A stretch of 61,635 nucleotides of DNA, counting the filler, from Dirinaria sp. TL-2023a (Eukaryota), in NCBI GenBank assembly GCA_051941275.1. It is 19 parts of 19 records of this genome, joined end to end, with 100 filler letters (N's around TTAATTAATTAA, not from the genome) between each part and the next. Parts side by side here need not be neighbours in the genome. Positions count along the whole stretch, not along the records: positions 35,924 to 39,067 come from JAVEBF010002109.1; positions 39,168 to 42,302 come from JAVEBF010002110.1; positions 42,403 to 45,534 come from JAVEBF010002111.1; positions 45,635 to 48,764 come from JAVEBF010002112.1; 15 more parts are not named here. One strand, 5' to 3'. The notes under the pieces are model-generated. The model saw nothing but the letters and a program-made list of their open reading frames with translations. It did no database searches and had not been told where the DNA came from. The translations under genes and the position numbers were made by a program. Of the stretch, positions 35,924 through 48,864 are shown in pieces (the first letter of the stretch is position 1; every line of letters starts with the position of its first letter).

Positions 35924-38179
35924 CCTCCTCCCTCTCCCCATAAAGCCTGCCCTCCAACATCGCCAGCACCGCAACCGCCGCACGGATAATGATGCCGTCG
36001 CCCTCGAACACCATCACGTCCCAGACGCGCGTCGCGAGCTCGACGCCCAACCCCTGGCCCGGGCCGAGGAACAAGGTGCGCATCATGGGCTCGAAGATCT
36101 GGTGGTGCGAGAGGCCGAGCCCGGACGGTTCGGGCGTGAAGAAGTGGCCGTGCAGCCGCGGTAGCTTGTGCAGGAGCAGGGCGTCGATTAGTTGATATGT
36201 CCGTGCCATTGCTGAGGGTTCGCCTGTTAGGAAGGCGAGGGGGCAGGGCCGGTTTAGGAGGTTGCAGAGGGCGAGGAAGGCGCGGGATGGGGTGGGGAAG
36301 GTTAGGACTAGGAGCGCGGCGAGGAGCTATCGAGGATGAAGTGTGAGTTGAGGTTGATTTCCATTTTTTTCGGGGATAATACATACATGAGTGCCATGGC
36401 TGTAGCCGACGTCGGAGCGGTACATGCAATACGCCTTCAAGACGTCTGCGAGATCGTGATGCAGCGGGCTGCCCGGCTGGAAGATCTTCAGCTCCGGGAA
36501 GGTGAGTTTGATGTCGCGCTCGATGGCTTCGAACCATATACGCTCTTTGCACGGGTCGTCTTGATCGCCGCCGCACCGGGACAGGCGCACTTCGACATCC
36601 CGTGACCTTTGCAGGGCCTTTTCGAAAGTCGAGCTCCCGAGCGCCAGTTCGTTGCCTATGGCCCGCTCCCAGACTTCGGCCCGCGAGCGAGGAGCGACGC
36701 CCTTCCACCACAGTTCCCGGGTCCGGGGCTCGCGAATGACGCGGTCCCAGTCTGGCAGTACATGTTCCTCCCACAGACGCTGCAGAGTGGTTTTGGTATC
36801 GTCTTTCGCACATCGTTCGCTTGCCACGCTTGCTGCTTTGCGCTTATCTAGACGTTCGGAATAGTTAGCTATGTTTTCCATGTTCCCCCCAATGGATTGG
36901 CTTTGTAGGAAAGAAGAGATGTACCAGCCTGCAAGCTCAGCTCCATCATCCGCTGATACTCCTTCAAATGTCTCTTCTCTTCCTTTTGGCTTTTGGGAGG
37001 CAGCCAACTGGGCCGTGTCCTGCTCATAACCTTCTCCTTTTCTTTACTTATCGGTAGCGGATCAATCATGACATTATTCTTCCGTAGAGGTGGCAATTCG
37101 ATGCTTGTTGCAGATCTGGCTTTGATGTCAAAACTCGGTCTCTGCGGTAGGCTCCCATGTTGACCATCATCCGGTGTTCGACGGCTGGACTTATCCGCAA
37201 ACGTTTCAAGCGCTTTGGTTAGGTCTTGTGCTTCGTCCGAGAGCTCGGCCATGGCGACGGTCCAAGATTTAGCACGACTCTTGGCAAAATGGTCCGGGAG
37301 GTTGCCAGTGGACATCCCTCGAGGAGCCTTTGGCTTGAGCGGCGAACCGGGCGCCGACCCCAGTGTACTAGAGATTGCGGAATTCGGGACGCCAGCGGGG
37401 AATTCACGGGGAGAATTCGGGATGATCATGTTTAACTTTGGAGAAGTGGTGGTGAGGGGAGCAGGCTTCCGCTGGTTTTCACCAAACGACCGCTTCTGAG
37501 GGGAGATCATATTCTCAGCAGTTGGCGGACGGGGCGAAAGCGGGACATTCCATAGATTGACATCTTCCGGAAGATCCTCATCCAATTCATCGTACTCTTT
37601 CTCCAACTCTTTTGCCGTTTTCCGAGTGGGTTGCCATGAACCTCTTCTGGCGGGAGCTGTCCTCAAAGGGGGTGATATGGTTGGCCACTCAGAAACCAGG
37701 TTGATTGTGGCTGATTTGGGTAGCATAGGAACGGCCGGAGGCGCCGAAGGGGAAGGCGAGCGGGATCGGCTATGGTTGCTCATAGCTCTTCTCGCTAACG
37801 GTGTTGACGAGGCTGTAAAGCTTCGTCGAGCGCCTGGCACGAGGAAGGCTTGATTACGGCCAACAGCCGGGCGATTCTGACTCTGGCCATTGAGGACGGG
37901 ACTTGACAGTCTCCGGTCGCCGAGCGTGAGCTCGCGAAAAGGGCCCGCAATCGCGTCGCTGTGGGGCCCTCTGCTCATTTTTGGGGCGACTCCCTTGTTA
38001 TGCCTGCCATGGACTCTCCGGTTTTCGCCCAGGCACTCCGTGTCGAGGCTGATTTCTTCAAAGTGCGCAGTATCGGACAAGGTCGACTCGTCGCCAGAGA
38101 GGGAGGAGCGGAAAGAAGAGGAACGAGAGTCGGTCAATCCAGGTGGTGACGGTGGGTCTGGTGGACCGAAAGCTGTCAT
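35924..38179 (-). CDS. TBC (Rab-GAP)-domain protein with long low-complexity N-terminus; 3' truncated
   Basis: Introns 36848-36924 and 36327-36386. Motifs [50 protein letters not shown] and [11 protein letters not shown]. The ATG at 38179 (MTAFGP) is more plausible than the ORF-track start at 38443. Confidence 0.9.
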
Positions 38180-38559
38180 TTCATGGTAGAGTATTGCTGG
38201 ATCGATTAATGAACGGTGCCGCGTGTGGCTCGAAGCAGTGGGAGGGCAAGCAGAAGAAAAGGAGCTGATAGTTGGGTAGCGATTGGCGGAGTTGATTGCG
38301 GCGCGGAGAATTGGATCGGCGGTCTTGCACGGCGAGCAACAACGATGATGATTATCCAAAGAGAGTCTCTCATTAACATGTACAAAGGCGTTCAAAATAT
38401 GTACAGAAGCATAAGCGCGGTCATTGTCTTCAGAACAAAGCAAGCAAGACCCGAAGATGGAGGTTGGACCGACGAGGCCGAGGGGAGTCTTGGTCTCTAA
38501 AGAAGACAGAAATCTGCTCCCCGCTCAGTCAGAAGCTCTCCCGAGATGACCGTTTTTAG

Positions 38560-39067
38560 CGAGTTGACTGAGTGAGCAGAGATGACGCGACATCTCATCA
38601 GAGTGATCAGCATCTCAGATCGAGTGAGCAAACTCATTCTTCATCTTTTCACTCACTCAATTCTCGAACGTTCGAGCAGCTCAAAAAACGCGCGCACATT
38701 CTCACGTTTTTTGACATAATCTCATTCATGTGATTTTGAAAATGAATGTCGTGATGAAAACAAAAGAGAAACGATGCGTCGTCAGTTCTCGTTTTTTCGA
38801 TTTCAAAATCGTCATCGTTCTTTTCATTTTACTCGTTCTCAACATTGTCATTTATTTTATACGATCATGAGTCGAAAAGAAATCTCGCTCGAGAACTTTT
38901 TGAAAAAAATCGAAATCAATAATTACAAACAAAACGCTCATCAGACGGAGAACAACATCAAAAACAATATCAAATATGTGAAAAAAAAACTCTAAAAAAT
39001 CAAAATTAAGCGTTGAAACGTTATGAAAAATAAGTGCAAACGTCAACTCAATTCGATCAAAACATTT
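38560..39067. mobile_element. CC/GG-depleted repeat relic upstream of the TBC gene
   Basis: Abrupt loss of CC/GG after about 38555, with rising AT content. Confidence 0.6.
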
Positions 39068-39167
39068 NNNNNNNNNNNNNNNNNNNNNNNNNNNNNNNNN
39101 NNNNNNNNNNNTTAATTAATTAANNNNNNNNNNNNNNNNNNNNNNNNNNNNNNNNNNNNNNNNNNNN

Positions 39168-42100
39168 ATTTGATTTTGCAAACGATACGTCGCGACGTCT
39201 CGCTTGAGTCGTCGCTCGATCTCGAACTCATTTCTTTTTTGAATTTCGATGAATCAAAATCTCGAGAAACTCGTCAGCAGACGATTTGTTTTTCATTTCG
39301 TCTGCTGACGAGTTTTTTATTTTTTTTCTGTTTTCATTCCGTCTGCTGACGAAGTTTTTGTTTTTTTTTTTTTGTCTTTATTTCGTTTATTGACGAGTTT
39401 TCTGTCTTTTTTCTGTCTTTATTTCATCTGCTGACGAGTTTTTTGTCATTTTCTCTGCGTTGTTTCGTTCGCTGACCGATTTTTTTAAATGTCGTCGCTT
39501 TTATCGAAACAATTTCTGAAATCAATATCGTGTTTTTTACGACTTCTAATCTCACAAATAACTCGTTCAGCGATTTCGCTCGCGAGAGCAACGCATTTTT
39601 CGTTTCGTTCAATCAAACTCTACAGAAATCTCAGCTCAATATCGCGTTCTCGTTTTTCAACGAATCAGATTTCGACAAATTCGACAAACGAGATTCTCAT
39701 TTGACAAAATACGAACTCTGTATTACACTCGTCGCGAAATTGTCGACTCGAATCTTTTTTCTCACGTTTATTGTTGTACTTTCGATCGTTATTCAGATAC
39801 ACCGCTTCTCGTACTCAAACCGCACAGCATCGAGATCTTTAAAATAAGTATCGTTCGTGGAGGACGCTCAAGATTAATGCACATGAGTTTCAATCCTCAG
39901 CACTGTTGATGTCTCGCGCTCATTGTCATAATTTAGTTAGTCTTCGATAAGTTTCATGAAGAGATCAAGCAGCTCGAGAAAATTAACGCATTTTGAATTT
40001 ACGAATCCCATATTAGAGTTCAGATGACTTGCAAATTATGCCAAGTCATCAGAATCAAATGTGCTCATGTGTATCACGAGTGTCACATCTCTTTGCTCAC
40101 GAAAACTCTTAGAAAGCACACAGTTTATTTCAGACATTCTAATGTCGCCGCGTTCTGATTTGAAAAGTATTCAAAGGAGAGCACTCGGAATCCGCTTAGC
40201 TCTTTCAAGAGCAGAATTGTGTTTCAGAACAGGACTTCAGCTCTAAAACGCGCCTTCGATGGAACGTCGAGAAAAGATGAAAGAAGCTAATTACGAAAAA
40301 ATGTCGTTTCTCATAAGAAGCAACTGTTCCACACAAATTCGACAACGGAACTGAATGATAAAAGTTCAAAATTATAAAATTAAAATCAAGTTTCTTCACG
40401 CCTTGTCTGTACAATTTCGATTCATCAGTTTTGGGTGTTTGCTCATAATCTATCCTACTCAAGACTGTACTTCAAACACTTATTCAAACTGCGCTTTACC
40501 TCGACAACTTAGATATCTCAAAACTTATATAGTATCTTTTCAAAAAGTTATTCTAATAAAAACTACACTTTAAAAGTTCATTCAAAAAAAGACTTGATCA
40601 GTCGTGCTATCAAACTTCAAAGAATAATTCTTTCGTCGAAGAACAGTATCTCTACGTTGGAACATCTGAGAAGAAACATCTAAGAAAAGGCTCTGATGAG
40701 AGAGACGCTCGAAGTTTATAAATCGTAAACTGTTCGACTACGCTTCTACTAATATAGTCTTCGACTATCTGGTGATATGATCTGCAAACTCTCCTCGGTG
40801 CTCGAGCAATTTTTATTTTATGCTTCCTTTATCGTATCTAGGTGACTGATAAAATCGGATCTACAAGAAATATGACTTTCAGGGAGAAAAAGACATGGAA
40901 TTAGAATTTTAAAGCCCTTAGGGGCAGACCTTCAGCACCAGTGGGCCAAGAGGGAAGTTCTGCGATTACCGCGCTCAAGCTCGCAAGAATTTGGACGCTG
41001 AAGTTGGCTGCCACGATACTCATCTTGTGCATGTAAACTGTCTAAAGGATCAGTGAATAGCAAATTCCATCTCTATCCTCCGGGACTGCTGTCTAAATTA
41101 CAAACAAAAGAAAATCTGAAAAAACATAACACATTCATCCGCGAGGAAAGATCAAGGCCGGAAGATTACATTAGTATGCTGAGATCTCGATGTAGAAGGA
41201 TATTTATCCTGGCGATCACCTTCTAAAGTGACATTTAAAAACTTGAATCGAACGATGCGTATTGAAATTCTGCGATTCCAAAAAATTCGCTCATATCGAG
41301 AGGGAAATATACAGAGCCACTCTGGACGAAGAGTCTAGATTTATCAAAACGATGAGCGAAGGAAAATCATGATTTTTTCGTCAAATCGCATAATGTCGGA
41401 ATCGATGCTGCGATAAATCTCATTTTTTCAGTTTCGTCTCGCTTTATACGAGCAGCAGATTTATCGTCATTATGAATCAGACTGAGTTTCATTGTTAAAC
41501 AAAATAATCTGCTTCCGCGCTGGAAACAGGACGAGTTCTGGGTCGTTTGGCTCGCCCGCTTACTCACAGATTCGAAACATCCAGCTTTCGCTTTGGAAAA
41601 AAGCGTTTTGGCTTTCTTATCCAATCAAGATTTGAGGAATCGATGTCTCGGAGCTCTGACGAAATGATACTATTCTAATTTGTGTGGACGTTGAAAAGTT
41701 CTTCGTTTCTCGGGAAGCAATCATAAATTGCTAGCGAGCGTGCGAAATATTTGAAAAAAGAAAATGATATCACTTATGTTTTTTATTTAATGATCATCGA
41801 AATTGTTATGTTTGATATATGATATATCTCTGAATCTACTAATCTTTGATCCTTGCAGAAAAAAACAACTCCATCCCGCAAACGAGTTCGTCGATCTCGA
41901 CTGTTCGATTTGAAGATTCAATCTCTCATGTACAACTTACTCAATCAAGATAAATTGTTCGAGTTCAATTCTTCTTAAAATCGACTGTCTAACGAATTCG
42001 CGTAGCTGAACATGCGAATCGAAAAATGAAATTTGTAAACGATGATTTAACACGTTTTCATTATAAAGACGATAAATCGAACATGATGATTAATATCGAC

Positions 42101-42302
42101 TTGCAGACACATTTGAGAAACTTTTTTCGAATTGTCGCTAAATCAATCGTAGTGACGATTGAAGATTCAATCTTCAGTCCGTTCACTCGCATTCTCGAAT
42201 CAACAGAATTCGATAAAAATATTCACTAGAATGATAATCAAAAAGAAAAAGAGTTAACGTACGAACTAATACTGACTCTGATGTGTTCGCACAGTCTACG
42301 AG
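39168..42302. pseudogene. Partly hypermutated, formerly coding or repeat DNA; identity unresolved
   Basis: Both ends are nearly free of CC/GG while the middle (about 40700-41700) retains some. Only short, stop-ridden protein-like frames remain. Confidence 0.5.
39290..39450. repeat. Degenerate tandem repeat, unit about 40 bp, 4 copies (core TTTCGTCTGCTGACGAGTTTT)
   Basis: Core recurs at about 39296, 39337, 39381 and 39422. Confidence 0.75.
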
Positions 42303-42402
42303 NNNNNNNNNNNNNNNNNNNNNNNNNNNNNNNNNNNNNNNNNNNNTTAATTAATTAANNNNNNNNNNNNNNNNNNNNNNNNNNNNNNNNNNNNNNNNNN
42401 NN

Positions 42403-42489
42403 CCGGTACAGAGAGGAGAAGGTTGCGAGGGAGCCGACGAGGATGGAGAGGTAGGCGAAGGGGATGGAGAGGCCGATCCAGTCTACCAT
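42403..42489 (-). CDS. SEC66: Sec66/Sec71 ER translocation subunit, 5' end only
   Basis: Manual translation from ATG 42489: MVDWIGLSIPFAYLSILVGSLATFSSLYR, the characteristic fungal Sec66 N-terminus. Absent from the ORF track. Confidence 0.8.
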
Positions 42490-43082
42490 TTTTTGGGGAG
42501 ACGAGGGGGGAAGTTGAGGAGGTCGTAAGATAGGGTTTCGGGAGAGTGGTTGGAGTGTCAGAGAGATCGCTGTTTCAGCTCAGTGCGATCATGGTAGATG
42601 TATGTGCCCGATGTGGCGATGGAGAGCGTGTGATCAGGGAGATTTCGCAATGCGAATGGCAGGCTGGATTGAATATTACAGACTTTCTACGTCTTGAGGA
42701 ATCGTGAAAAAGATGACCAAAGGACACCTTCCCCTACCTTAGTTTAGCGACACGCGCTTTAGTTTAGGGCTGACAGGGACAGGGTTGATCTGGACAGGGT
42801 TCGAGGGGCAGTTGAAGGCGGCGGCAGCCGTTAGTGGCAAGCAAGTTGACGTGATGAGGATTTAGAAGTAAATGGAAAGTACCGAAGTTATCTTTAAGGT
42901 ACATGTATTACTTTTGAGTTCGAAACACCTTCGGGTGTCTCTGACCGATTCCTGGATAAAACTTTGCCCAGTATGTGCTAACGGTTTTTTTTTTTTTTTT
43001 CACTCGAACCTTTTTCCCTCTCCACGTTCCATGATCAAGTAGCCAGGCCCTCCTCTACATACCGCACTTCGAACTACCGGCT

Positions 43083-45168
43083 ATGCCTCCCTCAAACTCG
43101 ATCCTTCTGCGCTTCGAAAGCAAAAATGGCCAGTTCCGCCTCACAGTCAACCCGAACGACGAGTTCCCAGAGCTCCTGCCCACGATCCTAGACCACCTGC
43201 CCAAAGACGTAGATTCGAGATCTCTGGTCCTGTCGAACAAGCCTCATGGGGGGCAAGACCGGCTCCTCAACTCGCTGAAAGGCGTCACCATAAACCGAGT
43301 CGGTCTGTCCCACGGCGACAAATTATTCCTCAAGTATTCCGACCAGCCTCCAATAAATGGCCACTCGGTAGCTCCTCCTCCTCCTCCTGCCACAGCTGCT
43401 CAACCATATAACTCCTCAAACCGACTGAATGGACTCCCTATCCTCCCGACCGAAGACCTACCCATCGCTCCTCCACCCCAGACCTCGCCCACAGCCACGA
43501 TCAAGAATCCGTGGGAAGTGGTCCAGCAGTCGCCGCTGGATTCGCGGCTGGATAAAGAAGATGGGAAGATCCCGCGGAAGCTCGATCAGAAAATGTGCAG
43601 GCATGGGGCGAAAGGGATGTGCGATTACTGCATGCCTCTGGAGCCGTACAACGCGAATTACCTGGCGGAGAAGAAGATCAAGCATTTGTCGTTTCACTCC
43701 TATCTGCGCAAGATCAATTCCGCCACCAACAAGCCCGAACTGAAGTCCTCGTACATGCCACCCCTGAGCGAGCCGTATTATCGGGTCAAGCGGAATTGCC
43801 CGTCGGGCCATCCGCCCTGGCCAGAAGGGATTTGCACCAAGTGCCAGCCGAGTGCCATTACATTACAAGCGCAGCAATTCCGGATGGTGGATCATGTCGA
43901 GTTCACTACGCCGGATCTGATAAACTCGCTGCTCGACTTCTGGAGGCAGACGGGCGAACAGCGTGTGGGTTTCTTATACGGACACTACGAAGAGTACAAG
44001 GAGGTACCGCTGGGGATCAAAGCTGTCGTGGAGGCTATCTACGAACCGCCGCAGATAGACGAGGTTGACGGATGCACACTGCACGAATGGGACAACGAGA
44101 AGGATGTGGACGAAGTGGCACGTCTATGTGGGCTGCAGAAGGTCGGAGTGATATACACAGATCTGATAGACGCTGGTGCGGGGGATGGTACAGTGGTCTG
44201 CAAGCGACATGTCGATTCATACTATCTATCATCGCTCGAGATCACCTTCGCTGCTCGATTGCAGGCCCAAAACCCGAAGCCGACGAAATGGAGCGACACC
44301 GGCCGGTTCGGATCCAACTTTGTAACTTGCGTCGTGAGTGGCGATGAGGATGGAGGCATCGCCATCAGTGCGTTCCAGGTTTCGAACTCGGCCGTGGAGA
44401 TGGTGCGAGCGGATATTGTCGAGCCGTCGGCAGATCCAGCGGTCATGCTTGTGAGGGACGAAGAGCAGGAGCAAGGCTCCGCGCACCGGACCCGATATAT
44501 CCCCGAAGTCTTCTACCGGCGGATCAACGAGTACGGGGCGAGCGTGCAAGAAAACGCCAAACCCGCTTTTCCGGTCGAGTACCTGCTCCTCACCCTGACC
44601 CATGGCTTCCCCGCCAGCCCGACCCCGATGTTCAACACGTCGAATTTCACCATCGAAAATCGACAGATGATGGGTCAGAGCCAGGAGCTGAGCGCGGTGG
44701 CCAAGAAACTGGGCGTCAGTCCGGGCAAGATCGACGCGAATGCCAGTATGAAATCTGTATCCGATTTCCATTTGCTGTGCTTTATTCATGGGATGGGCAT
44801 TTTGAGCAAGGTAACCCCCCCTGCCTGTCCTCGCCTATTCTGACCCCTTTTCTTTTTTTTTTAAAAAAAAAAAAGGAAAAAAAAAAACTGACACGATCTC
44901 TTCCTTTCTTTTTCTCCAGGAAGAAGAAGCCCTCCTCTGCCGCACCGCGCGTTCGCACGATCTGGACGAAGGGTTCCAGCTGATCAGCACCCCTGGCTGG
45001 GCCACCTTGCTGGCCATATTGCAAGAGAGCGGTGAGCGCCCCCCCAAGCGTCCTTGTTCGCCGGCTTCGCTTGAAGCACGCCATCGCCATGGTGCCGGCG
45101 TCCCCGGCGTCCCCGGCTCCTCAGCAGAGCAGCTTGCTAAGCGGTTCAAGGGAGCTAGCCTGAGCTAG
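43083..45168 (+). CDS. NPL4: Nuclear protein localization protein 4 (Cdc48-Ufd1-Npl4 cofactor)
   Basis: [68 protein letters not shown] and [14 protein letters not shown]. Intron 44811-44919; stop TAG 45166-45168. Confidence 0.97.
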
Positions 45169-45274
45169 TAGCGCGCGTTTTTTTGCTTGCATTTCAAGGT
45201 ACCGTATCCGTAAAAGGTAAGGTGCCTAGGTAGGTAGGTATTTCTCACACCATAACCACCACTACCACCCATGT

Positions 45275-45275
<1 letters not shown>

Positions 45276-45306
<31 letters not shown>
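45276..45306. repeat. (GT)n microsatellite
   Basis: Read directly. Confidence 0.95.
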
Positions 45307-45310
<4 letters not shown>

Positions 45311-45472
45311 GTGACCGGCGGGGCGGGGTTTGTGTGCATTAGAACCAGCTCGCATTAGCATAGCAGCAGGTGTAGTAGCACTCAAGTATGTAGGTTTTCG
45401 AGGTCACACCTACCTACCTTTCCTCTTCACCCAGGGAAATAGAAAACTTCTTAAACAAAGAAGAATATTCAC

Positions 45473-45498
45473 CCTCCTCCTCCTCCTCCTCCTCCTCC
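45473..45498. repeat. (CCT)n microsatellite
   Basis: Read directly. Confidence 0.9.
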
Positions 45499-46337
45499 GA
45501 TAGAATCTGTGATCCCGTACGGTAAGGTAGTTTTNNNNNNNNNNNNNNNNNNNNNNNNNNNNNNNNNNNNNNNNNNNNTTAATTAATTAANNNNNNNNNN
45601 NNNNNNNNNNNNNNNNNNNNNNNNNNNNNNNNNNAAAATGTATATTCAATTTTTTTTTTTTTTTTTTTTTTCCTTCCTTTGCTTCGCCAAAGTTCTGGAT
45701 TTGGCAGGAGATCAATGATGAAGGAGACCCACAAAATAATAAAAAGTAAAATTCGCATTACTCGGAGGCGATGCAGATCCAAGAACACAAACAATGGATT
45801 AAAGTAGTTTACAGGCAAGCTAGAGGAGGGGGAGCTCTGGAGTTTCATAAACAAAGTATAATCTTTGATTTATCATCCCTTGGAGTGATTTCAGAGATGA
45901 AACTGAAAAGAAGCAGGTACTAAGGTACACTTGATCTAAGCCAGGATGTGAATAGAGCTGGAGGGGGAAAAAAAAGGAAAGGAAAGTTGGTAAGGGGCGA
46001 AGGGGTTGATATACTTGGGGATTGAGTGCGGGGTGACTCGTAGTGAAAGTGGGATTGTGCTAACATAGCAAGCCTCCTTCATGAGCATCCTAAATGATCA
46101 ACTCTTGACTCTACACCTGAGATGGTGGTGGATGACTCAGCAGCCAGCTGACAGCCGCCAGCGTCAACTGACACCATGCGCGCCTTAATTTCACCACTTC
46201 ACCTTCTGATTTCCCTTTTTGCAATTTTTTTTTTTCTTTTCTCTTCTGAATTATAGACTTTATTCCATCATTAGATTTCTTCTAGGCTTTCTGGTCACTC
46301 ACCTGTCGGTCTGATGAGGTGAGGATGCGTCTACGCG

Positions 46338-48181
46338 ATGCCCTCTAAGAGCCCTAACCGCAGTATTAATGGCGGTATCGACAAGCTCGACTTCGATGCG
46401 AACCGGAAAAAGCCTTCGAGTCTCCATGATTCCGAGCACTCTGGTCCCAGTGGCTTGCTCAGAGATGACGATAGTCTCCTCAGTGATGTCGTTGAAGGGG
46501 TCATAGAGCGCGACAGGCGGAGAATGAAGCGAGCAGTCACCAAGTACCTGAGCTTTGCTTGCGCTATTCTGAGCTGGTATGGCTATCTCATGATTACGGC
46601 GCGCTCATCTTTGGAAACCGCTTGTGAAGACGGAGGATAGAATTACAACGCTGACGGTCGAATGTCAGTCTCTGTGCTGGCTCTATAACAGCCTACTCGC
46701 TCTATGGCCCCCTTTTCCAGACCCGTCTCCGCTATACCCAATTCCAAGTCAATGCAGTCTCCATCACCGCCGAGCTGGCCATGTACCTTCCCGTTCCCCT
46801 GTTTGGATATCTATGCGATCGCTATAATCCTCGCATCCTTTCCGCCTTGGCAGGAATTCTCTTCGGTGTAGGCTACCTTTTGGCAGCGCTCACTTACAAC
46901 ACAAATGACCACAAGAATCTGAAATCCTGGCCATTTGGTACCATGATATTGGCGTTTGTGGGTATAGGCATGGGCACAAGCTGCATGTATATAAGCGCTG
47001 TCACGACGTGCGCGAAAAATTTTGGGAGGGGTAGTCATAAAGGTTTAGCATTGGCAATGCCCATAGCAGCGTTTGGTCTCAGTGGGATGTGGCTGAGCCA
47101 GGTTGGGAGTCAGCTTCTCTACGACCGAGAACGAGGCGACATCGACGTCTTCCGCTTTTTTGTCTTCCTATCCGGCCTGCTCTTTGGTGTGGGTTTCCTT
47201 GGCGCGATAGCGTTGAAGGTGGTCAACGAAGAAGAGTTAATTGAGGAAGCGGTTTCTGAGCTTGAACGCAGTGGTCTGCTGGAAAACAGCCCTTTCTTCC
47301 AGCGGTCATTACTCCATGACAGCACCCTAAACCACAACAATACGTCCTACGGCACGCTCACACCTCCACCCTCTGATCCTCCGACCGAAACCGCTTCACT
47401 TGCGTCTGCTGACCCCAGCGAGTCCTCGGAAAATCGCCGCAAGAAGTCCTGGCTTCTGAATACCGAGACCCGCCTTTTCCTTTTTGATCCCACGATGTGG
47501 CTTCTCGCTGCAGGCTTCTTCCTCGTCACAGGCCCTGGCGAAGCCTTCATTAATAACCTCGGCACGATTCTCTCCACCCTATACCCGCCTCCATCAGCCG
47601 GCCCACCGCCATCGAACTCACCCGCAACCCATGTCTCCATTGTAGCTATAACATCTACCCTGGCCCGCCTTGCGACAGGCACGCTATCCGACCTTCTCGC
47701 CCCTACGTCCAATCCCCACCAGCAGTATCAACCCCGACGCTCCGTCTCCCGCCTAACCTTCCTCCTCACTTCCACTTTCCTGCTTTCGCTTTCCCAAATC
47801 ATCCTCGCATCCGGCCTGGTACAGTCCCATCCCTCCCTCTTCGGCCTCATATCCAGCCTCCAAGGCCTGGGTTACGGCGCCGTTTTCTCCCTCACGCCCA
47901 TCGTCGTGAGCGTGGTCTGGGGCGTGGAGAATTTCGGCACGAATTGGGGCGTGGTGGCCGTGATGCCTGCCGGTGGAGCCGCCGTATGGGGGGCTGTCTA
48001 TAGTCTTGTCTACCAGATGGGGATCGAGGAGCGCAAGGCCAGTGCAGCGCGCGAGACGAGATGTTTCGGCTTGAGATGCTACGCGGGAACCTTCTGGGCT
48101 ATGGCTGTCTGTTCATGGGTTGCGATCGGGCTTTGGGCGTTGGCGTGGAGGCGCTGGAGAAGGCGGGGGATTGCTGTGTAA
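46338..48181 (+). CDS. MCH1: MCH1-like MFS transporter (monocarboxylate-transporter homologue / nodulin-like)
   Basis: Intron 46577-46668 gives ILSCLCAGSITAYSLYG. Also MYLPVPLFGYLCDRY, AVTTCAKNFG, GPGEAFINNLG and WGVENFGTNWG. Confidence 0.9.
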
Positions 48182-48864
48182 TTAATTGTACGGGTGTAGA
48201 ATTTAGGCATTGGTGGGCTATTATACAGCATGGACAGGATACTTACTTAGAAGATATATACAGAAGTTCGTGTGTTCGGACAGGGAATACTGAGTAAATC
48301 GTATGAACCCCTACTTTACCCCTTTCTTGGGGGTGGGTGGGTCGCACAGCGAGGTAAGAGGGCTATTAGATCCAGCCCCGTCAAGATCTTACCTTACCTT
48401 TCATTTTTCTCCCCCAAAAAGAAAAAAAAAGGAAAAAATTAAAATTGAGATAGAAATCGAATACATCAAAAGCCCCACTGAGACGAGCGAATGAACGAGA
48501 AAGGGGGCAAATCTATACCAAAACAGGCAGATAGAGATAGCATATACTGTACAAAACTGCAACATATATGCATGGAAGAGAAGAGTGGAAGACGATTTTA
48601 ATTCACCCCCATTTCCCCTCTTCCCCCTTCTTCTCAACTCAACTCAATTACCGTGCGACGCGCTCTCGAATTTTACTTTTTTCTACTTCTTCTTCTTCTT
48701 CTTCTATAAAATCATTTTCTGATTTTTTTTTTTTCTCTTCTTCTTTTTAATAGCCACATCGCCCNNNNNNNNNNNNNNNNNNNNNNNNNNNNNNNNNNNN
48801 NNNNNNNNTTAATTAATTAANNNNNNNNNNNNNNNNNNNNNNNNNNNNNNNNNNNNNNNNNNNN

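Noticed and set aside
38180..38443. N-terminal extension of the TBC ORF given by the ORF track
   Set aside because: Starts at a non-ATG codon and reads like 5' UTR; ATG 38179 is preferred.
39267..39315. Perfect 18-bp inverted repeat (AAACTCGTCAGCAGACGA / TCGTCTGCTGACGAGTTT) as a terminator or TIR
   Set aside because: The tandem-repeat core is itself quasi-palindromic, so the hairpin is most simply a by-product of a variant repeat unit.
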